DNA of 52,466 nucleotides from an uncultured Chitinophagales bacterium (GTDB taxonomy: Bacteria > Bacteroidota > Ignavibacteria > UBA10030 > UBA6906). The notes under the pieces were generated by a model. That model had not been told where the DNA came from. It was given only the letters and a program-made list of their open reading frames with translations, and did not search any database. Within the stretch, counting starts at the first letter, position 1. The number at the start of each line of letters is the position of its first letter. Below, in pieces: positions 47,693-52,466 of the stretch. Where the stretch lies: the NCBI GenBank assembly GCA_964538485.1, contig CAZIHJ010000007.1, positions 1-52,466 of the forward strand. The letters are read 5' to 3'. The position numbers and the translations under genes were made by a program.

Positions 47693-48388
47693 TTATTCAA
47701 ACTTGAATTCTTTTACTGCTCCATAGATCTGAATGTAGATTTGTGGTTGCGAGTTGCTGCTTGTGTTCAGAAAGACACCGTCGCTAAGTACCGGACGTTT
47801 TGCCTTCGGCTTAAACTCCGCAACCAACTCCGCCGATGCTCCGGGTTGGATCGGGCCTTCGGGCAACTTCAAAGTGAACCCCTCAAGCTGGGTCTTTGTC
47901 CCGGTAAGCGTCACCGGCGCTTTTCCCTGGTTCTTGACAGTCAGGGTGGCCGTGCTTGTGGTGCCTACTTGTGCATCCTGAAACCATATATGAGCAGGCG
48001 TAAGCGAGATTTCCTCAATTACAGTCGCTGAGAACTCCACAACCGTTGCTTTCGCATCTTCAGCGTTGGAGTGAATTGTAACGGTTTTGTGTACGAGCCC
48101 GGTGAAGTTCTTTGAGTCGAACGTGATAAGGACGGTTCCGGTCTTGCCGGGTTCGATGTTGCGTTCTGAGATAATCGTTCCGGTACAGCCACAGGACACG
48201 TCCACTTTACTTACCTCCAGAGTCGCAGTACCGATGTTCTTGAGAGTCAACTTTCGCTCGACCTTGTTGCCCCGGCTGATAGTACCAAAGTCGAATTTCA
48301 TACCTTCAACGATTTCCATTCTGGGCTGGCTGAAGACCACCACACTGCCGAGAACAAGCACTACCACAGCGCTGAGCATTCGCTTCAT
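47693..48388 (-). CDS. Secreted DUF1573 Ig-like protein (two domains)
   Basis: Signal peptide, FDFGTI, VDVSCGCT, IEPGKTG, KTVTIHSNA, second Ig-like unit with IQPGASAEL. Confidence 0.85.
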   Translation of the reverse strand: MKRMLSAVVVLVLGSVVVFSQPRMEIVEGMKFDFGTISRGNKVERKLTLKNIGTATLEVSKVDVSCGCTGTIISERNIEPGKTGTVLITFDSKNFTGLVHKTVTIHSNAEDAKATVVEFSATVIEEISLTPAHIWFQDAQVGTTSTATLTVKNQGKAPVTLTGTKTQLEGFTLKLPEGPIQPGASAELVAEFKPKAKRPVLSDGVFLNTSSNSQPQIYIQIYGAVKEFKFE

Positions 48389-48469
48389 ACTTGAGTTACC
48401 CCTGTTGTTATTGGAACCGTACTGTTGACAATATAATCAGAAGAAAGGCGAATATGCAACGCCCTCTTT

Positions 48470-49201
48470 TCAACCCGTCTGAATGCTGCGAAAATAGAGT
48501 TCTTGCAGGAGCGGAGCAGGCCGATATCGGTCCTCACCAAATGCTCGATACAACGCCGAGACTACTGCATGAACCTGATCAATTCCTATGCGGCTCGTCC
48601 ATTCCACGAGGCCGAAAGGATAATTTGTCCCAAGCTTCATTGCCGTATCGATGTCGTCTCCTGATGCGATACTCTCCATCATTGCAAAATGGGCTTCGTT
48701 TGCAAGCGAACAGAGAATCCTCGGCATCACCATCCCGATGCTATCCTTAACAACCGAGGTTTCCTTGTCAAGGTTCCGGAGAAACTCCTTCGCGTGATCC
48801 AATGCACTTTCTCCTCCTGCAACAGGGGCGGCCAATTCAACAAGTTGGCCGTCAAGCAATGAGGGAAGTGCGCCAATACCGATAAGGCGGTGCGGGTGTT
48901 TCACCCAGCCGGACTGTTCAGCCAGTGTCACCGTTACCGACGATGAGAGGATTGGAGTACGTGATGGCAAGGTCTTATCCAACTCAATGATATTCTTCTT
49001 CTTGACGTCCGAAGACGTGTTGGTGAGTTCGAATGCAATCGCAACCGTTTTCATCGGACGGACGAGTTTCTTCACTCCCCTGGGTAAACGCGGTGAGGAA
49101 CCGGAATTCACCCGTGCGGAAACGCCGAGGCCTTTGGCGAGTGCAAGTGACGCATACTCTTCAACAAGGGACAACTCACCGAGAATGCAGATTGCGCTCA
49201 T
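48470..49201 (-). CDS. 3-hydroxyacyl-CoA dehydrogenase C-terminal-type protein with no NAD-binding motif
   Basis: DSIGMVMPRILCSLANEA, DIDTAMKLGTNYPFG, YRPAPLL; no GxGxxG; TGATG overlap with the upstream gene. Confidence 0.75.
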   Translation of the reverse strand: MSAICILGELSLVEEYASLALAKGLGVSARVNSGSSPRLPRGVKKLVRPMKTVAIAFELTNTSSDVKKKNIIELDKTLPSRTPILSSSVTVTLAEQSGWVKHPHRLIGIGALPSLLDGQLVELAAPVAGGESALDHAKEFLRNLDKETSVVKDSIGMVMPRILCSLANEAHFAMMESIASGDDIDTAMKLGTNYPFGLVEWTSRIGIDQVHAVVSALYRAFGEDRYRPAPLLQELYFRSIQTG

Positions 49202-50049
49202 CAATATGAATAGAATCCCTTCTTTGTCTTGCGTCCGAGAGTACCGGCTTCCACCATTTGCCGTTGGATGGGATGTGGGCGGAAGCGCGGCTCGTGAAAG
49301 AACTGTTCATAGACTGATTGTGTCACCGAATAGTTAATATCTATTCCGATCAAATCCATCAACTCAAAGGGGCCCATCTTAAATCCACCTGATCGCTTTA
49401 CGATGTTGTCAATCTCCTCGACCGAAGCCACCCCTTCACCAAGGAGTCGCAATGCCTCGCCATAGAACGGTCGTGCTACACGATTTACAATAAACCCCGG
49501 TGTATCCTTGCACACTACTGGAGTCTTCCTCATCCGGACGGCGAGATCAACCGTTGTCTTGACCGCGGCATCGCTGGTGTAGTTACCCCGGACAACTTCG
49601 ACGAGCTTCATGAGTGGGGGCGGATTGAAGAAGTGCATCCCCACTACATTTCCCGGTGTTCTGGCAAACGCCCCGATTGATGTAACGGAGAGGGAGGAGG
49701 TGTTCGTTGCAAGAATAACATCAGGGCGAACAACCGCGTCGAGGTTTCCGATGATCTCTTTTTTTGTATTCAGATCTTCAATCGCAGCTTCGATGATAAA
49801 GTCAGCGTGGGCCAATTCGGCGAAATGCCGGCGCGGATGAATTGCTGCAAGAGCTTTGGTGGACTGTTCCGGCGTGAACTTTCCCTTTTCCACTCCACCG
49901 CGGAGACTTTCTTTGATCTTCCCCATTGCAATCTGGAGGACATCGGCAGACACGTCGTGAAGAACAACATCAAGGCCCGCCATCGCTGATACCTGTGCAA
50001 TGCCGCTCCCCATTGTACCGGCGCCAATAATACCGATTATGTTGATCAT
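49201..50049 (-). CDS. 3-hydroxyacyl-CoA (3-hydroxybutyryl-CoA/PaaH-like) dehydrogenase
   Basis: GAGTMGSGIA, IEAAIE, TNTSSLS, GMHFFNP, PGFIVNR, MGPFELMD, GRKTKKGFY. Confidence 0.93.
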   Translation of the reverse strand: MINIIGIIGAGTMGSGIAQVSAMAGLDVVLHDVSADVLQIAMGKIKESLRGGVEKGKFTPEQSTKALAAIHPRRHFAELAHADFIIEAAIEDLNTKKEIIGNLDAVVRPDVILATNTSSLSVTSIGAFARTPGNVVGMHFFNPPPLMKLVEVVRGNYTSDAAVKTTVDLAVRMRKTPVVCKDTPGFIVNRVARPFYGEALRLLGEGVASVEEIDNIVKRSGGFKMGPFELMDLIGIDINYSVTQSVYEQFFHEPRFRPHPIQRQMVEAGTLGRKTKKGFYSY

Positions 50050-50165
50050 GAAAGAAGGAAGATGTTAGCGTGGTTGGATTATGATAAAAGTATAGAGAGA
50101 ATGGGGGAGAGAATCAAACCTCATCCATGACATTCACCCGGGGGTGTCCGGCCCGATTCATTGCT

Positions 50166-52466
50166 TCATTTTGTCATCGTGAGGAGAACAACGTCACTTG
50201 TCGTTTGGCCGTGTGCAACTGCGAGATTCCTTCCATCCGGCGACCAGGCGAATGCGAAGATACGTCCCGATGTAAACGTGGAGACCTGCCTTGTCGAGTT
50301 CTTTGCATAGTCGAACGCCCAGACATTGGAGATACCTTTGCGCGTATCCACGTAGTGAACCGATTTGCCGTCGGGGGCCCATTGGAAAGCATTGGCACTT
50401 GCGGTAAGAGGGAGGTCGAATAAGGAGAGGAGCTTTCCGTCCGGGAAGGAGAGGAGCCCCATCCTGTCCCTCTTTTCTGCCTCATCGTAATAACGGCACA
50501 GGACAAACCGCCCGTCGGGTGAAATCTTTGGTCGTGTCGCACTGGCACAAAACAATGTGGCGGTGTCCTTTCCGTCGATCTGTAGTCGCCACAGAGATCG
50601 CGTTCCTGACTTCCAGCTATCGAAGAGGAGCCACTTGCCATCGTGCGAGACTTCCGGGTTATAATCTTCTGATTCTGTTATCCTTACCGGATTGCTTCCA
50701 TCAAGTTTCATCTTCCAGATGTGCGGGAGTTTTTCATCTCTGGAGACATAGAAAATCTCTCCACCGCCCGTGTTCGCTGCCGGCGTGACCGATACCGATG
50801 TGCTGAAGGAGAGTTGCCTGGCGGTCTCTCCTTCAAGATCTGAAACCCAAAGATTTATTGTCTTGCCACTGAGAGAAGAATACACAATCTGTTGATTGGA
50901 CAGCCATGTGATTCCCCCTCCTCCATCCTGGCGAGTCGCACCACGTGTGATCTCCCTTGTACGGGCACCGTTTCCCGCCGGAGCCACCATAACAGTTGAG
51001 CTTGAACTTGTTTGCGCACTGACGATTGCCGACGCGTCCCGGGTGATGCTCAGACTGGTCGGACCGTAGGCAAGCAGGTCGTTGGTGATTTTGGAAACTT
51101 CGCCTCCGGGGTAGGATACATATGAAATCTGCGACTGTTCACCTTCGGTCACCGAACAGACGAGAAGTCCGCTTCCGTCCGGATACCATACAATTCTGCC
51201 GACATCCTGCCAGAATGTTTCCGTGATTGGTATGTCACGTGGATTCTCGAGTGGAACGGTAACGATACTTACTTTGAATCCATCTGTTGTTAATCCTGCA
51301 GGACAAGCAATGACTGAACCGTCGGGGCTCCAGGCCGGGGCGCCTCCTTGAGAGATATAGAAGAGGTTCTTTCCGTCCCTCTGAATCAAGTTCCTTTCGC
51401 CGGAGCCGTCGGCATTTGCAACAAACAACGCCTCTACCCCTGTGGCCGGGAACGTGCGGAAGAATGCGATGCGACCGTCGTCTGGTGAGAGTGTTACGGA
51501 GCCAACCACATCCTCAATAATTTTGCGCGGTGGGGCTCCACCAAGTACCGGCATTCTGTAAACCGTTGGCACAGGGGAACCCGGAAGAGTTGCAGTGTAG
51601 TAGAGGTAGTTGCCGTCATTCGAGAACGTCGTTCCTTCGATCAGAACGTCGGAAGGCGGAATCACCATCACATCCGTTGCAGAAGCGACCTGCCGGATCC
51701 AGAGACTTACTTCACCCCGTTCGCCTTTCGCATAGACAACATATTTTCCGTCCGGCGAAATTGTTGCGTAACCGGCGTTTCCTGCTGATGTCAGTCTGCT
51801 CATACGTACATTGCTGATGGAAGGGAGGACATGATCATTCTTCAACGTCAGAAGTAGAATGATAGCAATTGCAGAAGCCAACAAGACGGCGACCAGTCCC
51901 ACCTTTGGTATTTTCGCCAGTATTCCGGTTTTTGGAGATATTCTTGAAGTAGTTCCGGTCTGAAACGCAGTGTCTGAAGTCTGCGCGCCGGCCGAAGACG
52001 GAACCAGTACATGCGCTGAACTCTGCTGAACGGAATACTGCCGAGTGACGCGTGGTGCGCTCTTTCGGAGTCTCCTGAGGTCCACTAGCATTTCCGAAAC
52101 CGATTGGTATCTCTCAGCCGGATCTTTTTCAAGTGATTTCGAAACGAGAAGGACCAACTCGGGCGGAGCATCGGGGAGATACTTTGTAAGCGGCTCGGGA
52201 TCCTCATTCATGATGGAATAGATGATTGCTGCCTCATGTTCACCCTTGAACGGAAGCCGGCCGGTCAACATTTCGAAGATCAACACGCCGAAAGAGAAGA
52301 GATCAGATCGGGCATCAACATCCCCGCCACCGATTTGTTCCGGTGCCATGTAGCCGAGCGTTCCGACAGTCGAGGAGGTCCTCGTCAATTTCATGGACCC
52401 TTTCAGCTTTGCAAGGCCGAAGTCCATCACCTTCACCTGTCCTTTTGAGGTCAGCATGATGTTATC
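50166..52466 (-). CDS. Hanks-type Ser/Thr kinase with a TM segment and PD40/TolB-like propeller, 5'-truncated by the window edge
   Basis: DNIML...KVMDFGLAK, GTLGYMAPEQ, SDLFSFG, TM segment, repeated ISPDG/WSPDG/WAPDG blades. Confidence 0.93.
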   Translation of the reverse strand, partial: DNIMLTSKGQVKVMDFGLAKLKGSMKLTRTSSTVGTLGYMAPEQIGGGDVDARSDLFSFGVLIFEMLTGRLPFKGEHEAAIIYSIMNEDPEPLTKYLPDAPPELVLLVSKSLEKDPAERYQSVSEMLVDLRRLRKSAPRVTRQYSVQQSSAHVLVPSSAGAQTSDTAFQTGTTSRISPKTGILAKIPKVGLVAVLLASAIAIILLLTLKNDHVLPSISNVRMSRLTSAGNAGYATISPDGKYVVYAKGERGEVSLWIRQVASATDVMVIPPSDVLIEGTTFSNDGNYLYYTATLPGSPVPTVYRMPVLGGAPPRKIIEDVVGSVTLSPDDGRIAFFRTFPATGVEALFVANADGSGERNLIQRDGKNLFYISQGGAPAWSPDGSVIACPAGLTTDGFKVSIVTVPLENPRDIPITETFWQDVGRIVWYPDGSGLLVCSVTEGEQSQISYVSYPGGEVSKITNDLLAYGPTSLSITRDASAIVSAQTSSSSTVMVAPAGNGARTREITRGATRQDGGGGITWLSNQQIVYSSLSGKTINLWVSDLEGETARQLSFSTSVSVTPAANTGGGEIFYVSRDEKLPHIWKMKLDGSNPVRITESEDYNPEVSHDGKWLLFDSWKSGTRSLWRLQIDGKDTATLFCASATRPKISPDGRFVLCRYYDEAEKRDRMGLLSFPDGKLLSLFDLPLTASANAFQWAPDGKSVHYVDTRKGISNVWAFDYAKNSTRQVSTFTSGRIFAFAWSPDGRNLAVAHGQTTSDVVLLTMTK

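Noticed and set aside
1-52466. tRNA, rRNA, CRISPR array, integrase or transposase
   Set aside because: No T-loop/cloverleaf pattern in the intergenic gaps, no regularly spaced repeats, and no recombinase ORFs seen.

Overview
52.5 kb of gene-dense bacterial chromosome, with no tRNA, rRNA, CRISPR array or transposase seen. A T9SS plug-like gene, two proteins with T9SS/FlgD-like C-terminal domains and clear GGAG Shine-Dalgarno sites suggest an FCB-group organism outside Bacteroidia/Flavobacteriia, e.g. Ignavibacteria-like (inference). Left half: uvrA, an outer-membrane beta-barrel, an rlmI-like methyltransferase, and a coupled operon (HAD hydrolase, GT-C-like membrane protein, DUF5103, Gfo/Idh/MocA oxidoreductase, CCA enzyme). 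These are followed by a TolC/MacA/ATPase/two-permease exporter whose first permease has an in-frame TAA, a Sel1 protein and two orphan hybrid histidine kinases. Right half, all on the minus strand: ALDH-lipoprotein-DUF2911 genes, and an envelope locus with two ECF sigma/zinc anti-sigma pairs plus TPR-HEAT, PDZ-only, two DUF4097 and one DUF5916 protein. Beyond that are two domain-shuffled, Cys-rich SdrD-B/T9SS-cargo paralogs, thiolase and split 3-hydroxyacyl-CoA dehydrogenase genes, and a truncated Ser/Thr kinase with a PD40 propeller. Best lead: the same AAC-N18-GTCTAA ECF-type promoter sits upstream of both sigma genes and of the distant TolC-MacAB operon, outlining a candidate envelope-stress regulon. 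Family names come from motif recognition by eye; no database searches were run.
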